Origin: Candidatus Cloacimonadota bacterium
GTDB taxonomy: Bacteria; Cloacimonadota; Cloacimonadia; JGIOTU-2
DNA: 64,000 nt
Reading direction: 5' to 3'
Assembly: GCA_049903315.1 (NCBI GenBank)
Contig: JBNGBT010000005.1
Coordinates: 96,001-160,000, forward strand
This document shows, piece after piece, positions 28,296-38,094 of this stretch. Under the pieces are notes generated by a model. That model had not been told where the DNA came from and did no database searches. It saw nothing but the letters and a program-made list of their open reading frames with translations. Both the position numbers and the translations under genes were made by a program. Position 1 is the first letter of the stretch. The number at the start of each line of letters is the position of its first letter.

Positions 28296-29818
28296 AAAAA
28301 CTCTTACTGGTTTCTATTCTAATAATTGTGATAAGCTCCACTTTTTTATCTGCACAACAACCGCAGGGCTATATAGAATGCAAAGAAAATAAAATGATCG
28401 TTCGCGTCTGGGGAACTCATTATGAACGCGGCTATGCGCAGGGCTATTTGTTGAGTGATGGGATCGTTGATATTTTCACTCACTATTTCCTGGCATACCT
28501 CTTTGGCAATAACGCATCCATTTACAATGCAACTCGAAGTATTTTTGAAGCAAGTTTTGTCGTTGATGACAAATATATCACTGAAGGAATGGGGGTTCTT
28601 GACGGAATGGTCGCAGGCGGTCAATCTTTGTACTGCAGCGTTCTGGGACGGGATATCGATGTCACTGATCTTATGATGAGCAACTCACTTATTGATTATT
28701 CCGATGATAAAGGAATATTACGTGGAAATGATCTGTGCTCATCACTTGCAAGCTGGGGCACAAGTACTGATAACTCATCTGAGTTGAATGGTGAGAGCAT
28801 CATCACACGATTTCTGGATTGGACTCCACATACAACACTGCTGGATAATCAATTAATACTTGTTTCCTTCCCGAGTGAACCGGATGAGCAAAAGTGGATA
28901 TCATTTACCTTTGCGGGATTATTCGGATGTCTCTCAGCCATAAACGAAGCAGGAGTGGGGTCTTTTTTAAATGTGGGAAATATTGATTCCTACGATCCTA
29001 CTGATACATTCAATCCGATTTTTCTCTCAATAAGGAACGGCATTGAAGCTGCTGATTATGACAGCAATGGACAATGCAATCCAGTGGATGTGGTTAAGGC
29101 AGTCAGTGATGATGTCCAGCGAACCGGCTCCATTATTAATGTGATCTCCTCAACAGAAAAAGACAGCTTCTCACTGGTGATAGAATGCAATAATATGAAT
29201 GGAGTTGCAGTCCGCACCAAGTCGGATAATACGATGATAAGCGGCGATAATTTAGCGGCAACAAATCATTTCCGTAAATTATACTCTCCAGTTTATTGCT
29301 ATAGATATGCCCATATTGCAGATTCTCTTCTTATAAGCACTCAGATCGATCCGTTACGAAGCTGGAATTTGCTGTCAGGAGCTGCGGGAATCTCTACAAA
29401 TATTCAGGCGATTCAATATATTCCATGGTCCGGCAAAATGTTATGGTCGGCAAGAACGGGTAGTGTGCCTGCATATCAGCTTGCACCGACGTCTTTTACG
29501 ACGAATGAACTCTTTGATTATGTCAGTGTAGACATCCCAATTCCCGACCAGGAATATGAGCTTTTCATCAATGAAATATATCCTTATCCTGCCAAAGAAT
29601 TTGTGACCGTTTCATATTATTCGAAAAGTGCGAAGGAAGTTTCCAGCACTGTATATGATGTCAAAGGCAGAAAAATCACGCATCAGCAGCTGCTTGCTCA
29701 AGCTGGTAAAAATGAGTTCACCTTTCATTTTTCAGATGATATGTCCTCAGGAATTTATTTTATGAGAATAGATGATAACAATCTTAGCATGACTACGAAA
29801 ATGCTCATTGTGAGGTAA
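28292..29818 (+). CDS. C45-family Ntn hydrolase/acyltransferase with T9SS-type CTD
   Basis: Signal peptide, GTHYERGYAQG, nucleophile C in LCSS, RFLDW, INEAG, ATNHF; CTD YDVKGR...SSGIYF...KMLIVR. Confidence 0.82.
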   Translation: MKKLLLVSILIIVISSTFLSAQQPQGYIECKENKMIVRVWGTHYERGYAQGYLLSDGIVDIFTHYFLAYLFGNNASIYNATRSIFEASFVVDDKYITEGMGVLDGMVAGGQSLYCSVLGRDIDVTDLMMSNSLIDYSDDKGILRGNDLCSSLASWGTSTDNSSELNGESIITRFLDWTPHTTLLDNQLILVSFPSEPDEQKWISFTFAGLFGCLSAINEAGVGSFLNVGNIDSYDPTDTFNPIFLSIRNGIEAADYDSNGQCNPVDVVKAVSDDVQRTGSIINVISSTEKDSFSLVIECNNMNGVAVRTKSDNTMISGDNLAATNHFRKLYSPVYCYRYAHIADSLLISTQIDPLRSWNLLSGAAGISTNIQAIQYIPWSGKMLWSARTGSVPAYQLAPTSFTTNELFDYVSVDIPIPDQEYELFINEIYPYPAKEFVTVSYYSKSAKEVSSTVYDVKGRKITHQQLLAQAGKNEFTFHFSDDMSSGIYFMRIDDNNLSMTTKMLIVR

Positions 29819-29820
29819 GG

Positions 29821-30471
29821 ATGCAATTTCCGCTAACCACAACTGTAATTTTGCAAAATGTTTACTATATTGGCACAGCCATCGGATTTCTCATCAAAGA
29901 GATATTCTGGCTACGACTGGTACTCATAGTTGCAGGACTTTGCATGATCGCACGCGGCATTATTCTGCAGGATTATGTAATCGTTTTCTGGATGTCGCTT
30001 TTCGCTGTGATCAATCTTGTACAGGTTATCCGCATCCTTCTTGAAAAAAAGGAAGTGCACATCGATGCAGGGATCCTCGATTTGTATAAGAAGATATTTA
30101 TTGCAATGAAGACCCGAGAGTTCATGATATTCTGGAAAATGGGTGAAGAGAAAAGACTCCATAAAGGTCAATTTGTATGCCATGATAGTGTACAGATAGA
30201 TGGGGTTATTCAGATCATTGACGGCACAGCTGTAGTGAAGAAAAATGACAAGGTAGTTGCCCAGCTGACGAGAGGATATTTTGTGGCTGAGATGCAGTAT
30301 CTTATGGATGAAAAACCTTCCGCTGATGTGATCGCAGAAACGGACTTGCGTATTATTGTTTGGAAGCATTCAAAATTAAAGCGGCTGAAAGAAACCTATC
30401 CTGATCTGTATAACAAATTTCATCTCATACTCAGCAAAGATCTTACTTATAAATTAAAACGATACTTATAA
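29821..30471 (+). CDS. Popeye-like membrane protein (3 TM plus cNMP-binding-like domain)
   Basis: I.WLR, W...F..IN..Q, LY..IF..M...EF, FVAEM.YL....SADV. Confidence 0.75.
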   Translation: MQFPLTTTVILQNVYYIGTAIGFLIKEIFWLRLVLIVAGLCMIARGIILQDYVIVFWMSLFAVINLVQVIRILLEKKEVHIDAGILDLYKKIFIAMKTREFMIFWKMGEEKRLHKGQFVCHDSVQIDGVIQIIDGTAVVKKNDKVVAQLTRGYFVAEMQYLMDEKPSADVIAETDLRIIVWKHSKLKRLKETYPDLYNKFHLILSKDLTYKLKRYL

Positions 30472-30481
30472 GAAGGACACT

Positions 30482-31261
30482 ATGAATTTAATATTGTTTG
30501 TAATCATTGTAATTATTTCTATTACAGTGGTTCGTATAGGTGCAGTTGCATTCGAACTCACTGGATTGGATTGGACAGTTGCGAAGTTCCAGGCGCTTTC
30601 CTGCTTTACAAGTACTGGTTTCACGACCAAAGAATCCGAACTCATCGTAAAAAGTCAGCAGCGGCGGAAAATAGCAACAATACTCATGATCATCGGGCAT
30701 GCAGGTCTTGTCTCACTGATTGCTACTTTTGTGAATTCCATGCGCCCTTCCCAGCTTGTTCATAAAGTTTTCCAGCCTATTATTCACCTCGATAATATGC
30801 CGACGCTCTCAGTTTTGATAAACATAGTGATCATTACACTTGCATGCTGGCTCATTCTCTCTCTTTTTTCCCACACAAAATTTTCAAAAAAACTTACAAA
30901 AGTAATACAAAACTTCTTTATTAAGAAAGATTTCATCAGCAGAATATATGTGCAGGATCTTGTAATTTCTGCAGGAGGATTCGGTATTATAAACATTGAA
31001 GTAACAAAGAACAGTATGCTCTATCATTTGAGTTTAGCTGATACTGTTAAACAATATCCTAATATGAAGATCCTTGCCATCGAGCGGGGTAGAAACATTA
31101 TCACAAATATTACCGATGACACAAGAATGCTGCTTGGAGATAATATCATTTCATATGGAAAGATTGATGAGATTAAAAAGCAGCTTCATCAAAGATTGAT
31201 AGATAAAGTAAAGGATAAAGTTACTTCTCACAAGAAGAAAAATAATAAAAAGAAAAAATGA
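30482..31261 (+). CDS. K+-channel-like membrane protein with TrkA-C/RCK_C domain
   Basis: ELTGL....AKFQALSCFTSTGFTT.ESE..V....RRKI; C-terminal ILAIERG...GD.I..YG. Confidence 0.8.
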   Translation: MNLILFVIIVIISITVVRIGAVAFELTGLDWTVAKFQALSCFTSTGFTTKESELIVKSQQRRKIATILMIIGHAGLVSLIATFVNSMRPSQLVHKVFQPIIHLDNMPTLSVLINIVIITLACWLILSLFSHTKFSKKLTKVIQNFFIKKDFISRIYVQDLVISAGGFGIINIEVTKNSMLYHLSLADTVKQYPNMKILAIERGRNIITNITDDTRMLLGDNIISYGKIDEIKKQLHQRLIDKVKDKVTSHKKKNNKKKK

Positions 31262-34200
31262 AAAAAGTCCTTCTCGTAACTCTCTTGCTTTTGTTGACAG
31301 CTCATTTTCTGTCAGCCCAGGGAAGCTGGATGCCTGAGAAAACTTACTGGCCGCGCACACTTGTGGATTCCAGCCAGGTTCTTGTGCAAGAGGTTCGGGA
31401 TAGGGTGCTCCGCGATCCTTACAGTACGTGGTATGCAAGTATTTGTGCTGCTTCCGATCTGAACTATTCATCTTATACATGGGAGAAGCAGAAAGCGCGC
31501 ATTGCTCGTTGTGCTGCATTCAGATTTTTTATAGATGGAGATTCATTTTACGGAGATAAAGCAAAGGAATATCTACTCGTCGCAAATCGCGAGGAATCAA
31601 GTAGTATTTCGGAGGAATACGGCAACATTATCTGGGATTCCGAAATTATCTCAATGATTTGTATTGCATATGATTTTCTTAAAGGAAATAATTATGATTT
31701 CGATGGAGATGAGCAGCAAGTTCGGGATAGAATTCAGTGGGTTACCGGAGCATTGTATGAAGGAGTGATCGATGATGATCTTGGGCTGCTGCATTATGCT
31801 TGGGTTCTGGGGCATGGAGAAGAAACGAATTATGGTGTGAAACTTGCTTCTGCAGTTGGCATGGCTGCGATCGTCCTCAATACGGAAACAAGCGGAAGCA
31901 ATCACCAGAAGCCTTCAACCTGGATCGAATATGCAGTGACAAAGCTCTACAGGCAGTTTGGCAATTATCTTATCGATTCGGATGGCGGTTGGGCGGAAGG
32001 GCATCATTATCTTGGTTTCAGTGCCGTGAACTTCATACCTTTTGCATTTTCTTATGAGAACTTTACCGATGGCATTCCTCAAACCTTTGGAAGTACAACT
32101 TATTCTCCTCCTTTGCAGCAATATAACTTTCAGAAGGATACAGAGTGGGGAATAAAGATACGTATGCCAGATGGATCACGACCGCCGATAGATGATTGTT
32201 TTTTGAACTCATATTATTACAGTGCTGCATTTGCATCCTATTATGATAACGATGTACTGGCATGGGATTATATCCATAGTGATCGTCCCTACAATACATG
32301 GGCATCCTCCTCAAACATTGATGTCGAGATGATCTGTCTTTACGATGATGCGTACAAGGGCACCACAGAACCAGGTTATACAAGTGTGTTTGTGCCGGAA
32401 GCAGGGCAGGCGGTTTTCAGAAATAATTGGGATAATGATGCCACGTATATGTGCCTGGTAGGGGAACACGGTGTTGCACGTACGGGTGGGCGCTCGCATG
32501 AACATCCGGATAATTTGAGCTTCGTTATCTATGCGCTTGGAGAATATCTGGCTCTGGATTCCGGATATATAAGCTGGGGGGAGCACGATAAGGTAAAGCA
32601 TGCTGATAATCATAACTTAATACTTGTCAACGGGAGTGGTCCTTCATCTGCTGGAACTTATACTGCAAATGGTGAAGATGCTTATATTCAAAATTATTAC
32701 GATACCCGCTTTCTCGATTATGCCGAAGTACAAACGAGTTACCAGAATGTGGATTTCACGAGATGTGCAACATTTTTTAATAATGAGATTTTCATCCTTA
32801 CAGATTTTATAACTTCATCCAGCACAAAAACCTATGAATGGCTTCTTCATGGTAATGGGGGCGGATCGACAGGAGGACAGTTTACTTTTTTGACAGATGA
32901 AGCTGACAATCGAGGTACGATCGGCTCGCAATATACACAAAATAATATATCCCTCGATTGCTATATCAATTCAATAAATCCTGTAACTTTTTCTTCATAT
33001 GATGATTTTCATGATGATGGAACATATAATGATCCTGCAACACATACAGTGACTAAAGCTTCTACCTCAAGCTCAAATACGATTTTTTCGTCAATACTCA
33101 TTCCCCACGAAAGCACTAAAGATATTACCTATGAATCCCTGGATTACGGAACCACAATCGGCGGATTGGTCACAATTGACAGCACCAAGATACTCACACT
33201 CGCAAAAGAGTATACCTACGGGATTTCTACACTCTTTGATTCTATCCCGCTTGTTTTTAATGCCAATAATATCGCGATTTCAAAGGAAAATGGTGCATTC
33301 CAGCCAACGAATGTGGTTATCAAAAATGGAGATTATCTTCATTATGACGGCACAACATATTTCATCAATACAGAAAATCGCTGCGATCTTGCACTCCATA
33401 TTGACGATGATTTTGCTGACGGGTATGTAAGCGAGCAGGGATGGGTAGAATTCTATACAGGGTATGAGCCGAACTCTGTGTCCGGTGCTGCTTCGTATGA
33501 TTTTTCCGATGGAATTCTTACAATGCAATTTGATGAAGCGTCCAACTTTTATATAGAAGTGGACTGGTCTATTCATCCGATCATAATAGATTCATTGAGC
33601 ACTTATGTTTTTTCTGCAGATGATGAAATAACAGTTTATGGCTCGGGATTTGAGCAGACAGGGACTGTGCTTTTGAATACGCTTGCTGCTGATGAGATTC
33701 TCTCCTGGGATGATACTGAGATCTCTTTGGTCGTACCCGAAGGAGTATCTTCAGGAAATCTCAAGGTAGAGAATATGTATGGTTCGAGTAATGCAATCGC
33801 CTATCAAATAGTGAGTTCTACGGGAAATCCGGAGGTTGCTCAACCCATTCCAAACCACGTTATAACTGCAGGTACGACGAAATTTATTGCTGATCTCAAC
33901 ACAGTTTTCTGGGATCCGAATGGAGATTCGCTGCTCTTTTCGCTGGACTATGATTCACCATATCTAACTCATAATGAAGACTCACTCCAAATTGGGAGAA
34001 TCTATTTTACTGCACAAGACAATAAGCAGGACACACTCTTTGTCACAGTGACTGCTCAAGATGCGGACAGTGCAAGTGCATCGGACCAGTTCGTCGTTTT
34101 TATTCAGGATTTCAATGATCCTCCGCAAATAAATCCGATCCCGTTGCAGATTTTCAGCGAGGATGATTCCCTCATTATTGCCTTTTCCTATTTTGATTCC

Positions 34201-36780
34201 CTCGTGTTCGATCCAGATGATGCATACGATGAGCTCACATATTCTTTTGATGAATACACTCCTTTTAACATTCAAAAAGAGATGAGCTCTTTTCACATAC
34301 AAGCTCCAGCAAATTGGTTTGGACAGGTCAATGCGATTTTCCAGGTTTCAGATGGACACAATCTTACGGAAGAGAACTGCGAATTTCTCGTACAACCTGT
34401 TAATGATCAACCGGAAATAGACATGCCGGATTCTATCGTTTTTTTTGAAGATGATACATACATCTTCGATGCAAGTATGTGTATCTCCGATATTGATGAT
34501 TCACTTGCAAATCTGACACTCTCATGGATAGAACCGCAGTATCTTGAGGTTCAGCAAACTGGCTGGGATGTTTATTTATCTACAAAACTACCCGATTGGT
34601 ACGGCATCGACTCAGTAGAATTTACCATCACAGATGATGAGCTTGAAAGTACCAGTGATGTAGTATACGTGCAGGTTCTCGCGCAGAATGATCCGCCCTA
34701 TATTCAGGATACGATCCCCGATCTTACAAAGTATGAAGATTTTGCAGATACTCTACATATTGATCTCAATAATTACTTTGCTGATCCTGATAATGATAGT
34801 CTCTCATATTCAGTTGTTTACGATTCAAGTCAAATTAGAGCATCACTGAATCAAGACCTCATTCAAATTTCCTCACTCCCGAACTGGTCAGGTGATGCGG
34901 AAATTATCGTAACCGCTGATGATGGAAATGAATATTTAAGAAAATACGTGATAGGAAATTCCTCAAAAGAGAGCACACAGGACTCGTTTTTTGTTTATGT
35001 GATACCGGTGAATGACCCGCCGGAAATTGCTTTACCCGATTCAATAATATTTCTCGAGGATGATACCTATACTTTCAATGCAAGTCAATATATTTCAGAC
35101 ATTGATGATTCTCTGAATAAACTGACACTTTCCTGGACCGATCCTCAACATATTGAGGTTTTGCAAATCGGTTGGGATGTGTATCTTACTCCTCTTCAGC
35201 AAAATTGGTTTGGGACTGATTCTATTACATTTACAATCACAGACGATGATTTTGCAAGTGCGAGCGATGTGGTTCAGGTGCGTGTCATCCCGCAGAATGA
35301 CCCGCCATTTGTTCAGAATGCTCTTCCTGATCTCACTCGTGATGAAGATTTTGCAGATACAATTTATATATTTCTGAATAACTACTTTGCTGATCCTGAT
35401 AATGATTTACTGACATATTCCATTGTATTTGATTCCACTCAAATCATCGCATTCCTCGATAATGAACTTCTCCAACTTTCATCTCGTTTAAACTGGTTTG
35501 GGGATGCAGAAATTACTGTTACTGCCGATGATGAGATTGGAGATTTTTCTCGGGAAACAGCACAGGATTCTTTTTATATACATATCCTGCCAGTTAATGA
35601 TGCACCGAACTTCGCATTACCTGATAGTTTTTCCTTTTTTGAGGATGACACACTCACTGTGGCTTTTGATGATTTTGTGAGTGATGTCGATAACGAACTG
35701 CGGGATCTCACTTTGTCATGGCTTCAGCCCGATTTCATTGCAATCACCAAAGATGACTGGAATGTATCATTTACAAATGCTGTAGAAAACTGGAATGGTA
35801 TAGAATCAGTCACTTTTTTCATTACAGATTCCAGTCTAGCTCAAAGCAGCGACGTAAGTCTTGTGCATGTATATCCTCAAAATGACCCGCCTTATGTTCT
35901 TCCGCAGATAGGGGATTTTACTATACAAGAAGACTCACTCACTCCCATAAATATTTTTCTCGATTTCTATTTCCATGATCCTGACGGAGATGTGTTGGGA
36001 TATCATGCCGATTGGGACTCGACACAACTCAGTATTTCACTTCCTTCAAGCTCGGAAATAAACATCCTCCCGAAACCAGATTGGTTTGGAACTTCAACTA
36101 TCACTATCTCAGCAGATGACGGGTATGCGTATTTGCGAAATCGTTCTGCAATAGCTGATACATTTGATGTTATTGTCGAACCAGTCAACGATCCACCTCA
36201 GATAATTTCTTATATTCCTGAAGAGCTTGATATTTTTCTCTCGGGAGATTCCACAGTACATTTTGAGATTGAGGTTTTTGATGTAGATAATTCTTCGCAT
36301 GATTATGTGTGGACTGTGAATGATTCTGTTCAGAGTGCTAATGACAGCATTCTCATATATCACTTCGAGGAGCAGGGGATTTTCTCCGTTGTAGTCGTCC
36401 TATCCGATCAGGAATATGAAGTATCTGTGGGATGGCATGTTGTTGTATCATATTTTCCGGTTCAGGGAAACGAGGGACTCGCTCAGAGAGTGAATGCTAT
36501 CAAACCAAATCCGTATAATCCGGACAAGGATAATATTTGCGAATTTTATTTTGAGTCAACAAAGCAAAAAAATTATTCTGTAAACATTTACAATATTTCC
36601 GGGCAGTTCATAAAAAGTGCTACAGCGGAATTTTTAGAGCAAAAGGGAGAAGCATTCGTGTATCAAGCCACATGGGACGGGCGCAATGAAAAGGGTTTGA
36701 TGTGCACGTCGGGCTTGTATTTATTCAAAGTGAATATCGAAAATACAACGTATATAAAAAAGATGCTCTTATTGCATTAA
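31258..36780 (+). CDS. Large secreted heparinase II/III-like polysaccharide lyase with IPT/TIG, tandem cadherin-like Ig repeats and FlgD/T9SS-type CTD
   Basis: DGGWAEG..Y, HEHPDNLSF, HN.ILVNG; repeated V.PVND.P / FED motifs; PNPYNP...YNISGQ...WDGRN..G...SGLY. Confidence 0.85.
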   Translation: MKKVLLVTLLLLLTAHFLSAQGSWMPEKTYWPRTLVDSSQVLVQEVRDRVLRDPYSTWYASICAASDLNYSSYTWEKQKARIARCAAFRFFIDGDSFYGDKAKEYLLVANREESSSISEEYGNIIWDSEIISMICIAYDFLKGNNYDFDGDEQQVRDRIQWVTGALYEGVIDDDLGLLHYAWVLGHGEETNYGVKLASAVGMAAIVLNTETSGSNHQKPSTWIEYAVTKLYRQFGNYLIDSDGGWAEGHHYLGFSAVNFIPFAFSYENFTDGIPQTFGSTTYSPPLQQYNFQKDTEWGIKIRMPDGSRPPIDDCFLNSYYYSAAFASYYDNDVLAWDYIHSDRPYNTWASSSNIDVEMICLYDDAYKGTTEPGYTSVFVPEAGQAVFRNNWDNDATYMCLVGEHGVARTGGRSHEHPDNLSFVIYALGEYLALDSGYISWGEHDKVKHADNHNLILVNGSGPSSAGTYTANGEDAYIQNYYDTRFLDYAEVQTSYQNVDFTRCATFFNNEIFILTDFITSSSTKTYEWLLHGNGGGSTGGQFTFLTDEADNRGTIGSQYTQNNISLDCYINSINPVTFSSYDDFHDDGTYNDPATHTVTKASTSSSNTIFSSILIPHESTKDITYESLDYGTTIGGLVTIDSTKILTLAKEYTYGISTLFDSIPLVFNANNIAISKENGAFQPTNVVIKNGDYLHYDGTTYFINTENRCDLALHIDDDFADGYVSEQGWVEFYTGYEPNSVSGAASYDFSDGILTMQFDEASNFYIEVDWSIHPIIIDSLSTYVFSADDEITVYGSGFEQTGTVLLNTLAADEILSWDDTEISLVVPEGVSSGNLKVENMYGSSNAIAYQIVSSTGNPEVAQPIPNHVITAGTTKFIADLNTVFWDPNGDSLLFSLDYDSPYLTHNEDSLQIGRIYFTAQDNKQDTLFVTVTAQDADSASASDQFVVFIQDFNDPPQINPIPLQIFSEDDSLIIAFSYFDSLVFDPDDAYDELTYSFDEYTPFNIQKEMSSFHIQAPANWFGQVNAIFQVSDGHNLTEENCEFLVQPVNDQPEIDMPDSIVFFEDDTYIFDASMCISDIDDSLANLTLSWIEPQYLEVQQTGWDVYLSTKLPDWYGIDSVEFTITDDELESTSDVVYVQVLAQNDPPYIQDTIPDLTKYEDFADTLHIDLNNYFADPDNDSLSYSVVYDSSQIRASLNQDLIQISSLPNWSGDAEIIVTADDGNEYLRKYVIGNSSKESTQDSFFVYVIPVNDPPEIALPDSIIFLEDDTYTFNASQYISDIDDSLNKLTLSWTDPQHIEVLQIGWDVYLTPLQQNWFGTDSITFTITDDDFASASDVVQVRVIPQNDPPFVQNALPDLTRDEDFADTIYIFLNNYFADPDNDLLTYSIVFDSTQIIAFLDNELLQLSSRLNWFGDAEITVTADDEIGDFSRETAQDSFYIHILPVNDAPNFALPDSFSFFEDDTLTVAFDDFVSDVDNELRDLTLSWLQPDFIAITKDDWNVSFTNAVENWNGIESVTFFITDSSLAQSSDVSLVHVYPQNDPPYVLPQIGDFTIQEDSLTPINIFLDFYFHDPDGDVLGYHADWDSTQLSISLPSSSEINILPKPDWFGTSTITISADDGYAYLRNRSAIADTFDVIVEPVNDPPQIISYIPEELDIFLSGDSTVHFEIEVFDVDNSSHDYVWTVNDSVQSANDSILIYHFEEQGIFSVVVVLSDQEYEVSVGWHVVVSYFPVQGNEGLAQRVNAIKPNPYNPDKDNICEFYFESTKQKNYSVNIYNISGQFIKSATAEFLEQKGEAFVYQATWDGRNEKGLMCTSGLYLFKVNIENTTYIKKMLLLH

Positions 36781-36793
36781 AATCGGAGGTACG

Positions 36794-37837
36794 ATGAAAA
36801 AAGCAGTACTATGTTGTTTAGTGATTATGCTGAGTGCAGTTGCATTTCTGAGCGCAGACGCAACTTTCTATGGCTCAGCACGTCTGGGATTCTGGTATGA
36901 GAATACGGACAAAGATTGGAATTGTTATCAATACGGCGTGAGTGAAAGCAATCTTGCGCTTAACTATGCCATGCAGAGTAATAGTAGGTTCGGTGCTAAT
37001 TTCACAACTAATGGTATAACTGGTAAGCTCGAACTCGGTGTTTCTCCCTCAAGTGTTGGTTTACGGCTCCTTTATGGAAAATTGACCAAAGGTGATAAAT
37101 CGATAACTATCGGGCAGGATTATTCCGGTTTCAAGCCCTATGGCGACCAGGTGTATGCAGATGATCTGAATTTTATTAATTACGGCTTATTCTATGATGG
37201 CCGACAGCCAATGGTGAAATTCACATTCAAAAACAGATTCAATGCAATGTTCATAGCTCCCAAACAGGTTGATGTCACAAATCTTGGTGGACTTCAGTCT
37301 CTTGTTCCCAAAGTCAATCTCAGTTATGAATATACGGGCTCTAAATTTTACTTCGCAGCTTCTGCCGGTGTGAATATGAATAAATACAATAAGAACTTCA
37401 ACACTGACCAGCTCGACAAGATGATCCTTGCCTATGTAGTCACATTAACTGGAAAATACAATCTTGGCATGCTGGATATTCTTGCGCAGTACAGCTATGG
37501 TGTGAACGTTGGCAACTACGGTATCTGCACGATCACTCCCTCGAATGTTGTGTATACTCCTAGTAACAAATCATTTGAAGATACCAAGACCTTTGGTGGT
37601 TTGGTTGTTTTGGAAAGTGCGCTTCTCAACGTCGGTGCCAGCTATATCGAGACCTGCAACTCACTTTGGAGTGATAAAGACACTGCGATGAGTGCGTTCA
37701 TACAGAAGAAAATAGATATATGCAAAAATGTATTCCTCGTTCCAGAAGTTGGTCTCATGGACAATATGAAAGATAATACTGGCGCTAAGGAAGGGAAGAA
37801 AATTTATGGCGGCATGAAGATCCAGGCAGATATGTAA
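36794..37837 (+). CDS. Outer-membrane porin-like beta-barrel protein
   Basis: Signal peptide, FYGSAR, NSRFGA, LRLLYG, IGQDY, amphipathic strands. Confidence 0.7.
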   Translation: MKKAVLCCLVIMLSAVAFLSADATFYGSARLGFWYENTDKDWNCYQYGVSESNLALNYAMQSNSRFGANFTTNGITGKLELGVSPSSVGLRLLYGKLTKGDKSITIGQDYSGFKPYGDQVYADDLNFINYGLFYDGRQPMVKFTFKNRFNAMFIAPKQVDVTNLGGLQSLVPKVNLSYEYTGSKFYFAASAGVNMNKYNKNFNTDQLDKMILAYVVTLTGKYNLGMLDILAQYSYGVNVGNYGICTITPSNVVYTPSNKSFEDTKTFGGLVVLESALLNVGASYIETCNSLWSDKDTAMSAFIQKKIDICKNVFLVPEVGLMDNMKDNTGAKEGKKIYGGMKIQADM

Positions 37838-37860
37838 CAGATTTATATTTCTAATAATTT

Positions 37861-37892
37861 AAAGGACGATTCGGAAGGATCGTCCTTTTTTT
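37861..37892 (+). terminator. Intrinsic terminator
   Basis: aaaggacgat-tcggaagg-atcgtccttt followed by T-run. Confidence 0.88.
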
Positions 37893-37941
37893 GTTTATCT
37901 TATTATTATATTGGCTAATAGGATATGAAGTAATATGAATT

Positions 37942-38094
37942 AAATAAATTTGACAACAAAGGAAGGAATATTTGAAGTTTACAGTACGTAAAGTTGAAGT
38001 TGGTTTTATTTGCTTTCTGGACGGAAAAATTTATGAAAAAGAAATATAAAATTAATTTTGAAAAAACTGTATTTAGATAAAATATGGAGGTTGA
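37942..38094 (+). promoter_or_regulatory. Promoter/leader module, copy B (homologous to 4422-4573)
   Basis: Same blocks as copy A; TTGACA at 37950, atggagg SD. Confidence 0.85.
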
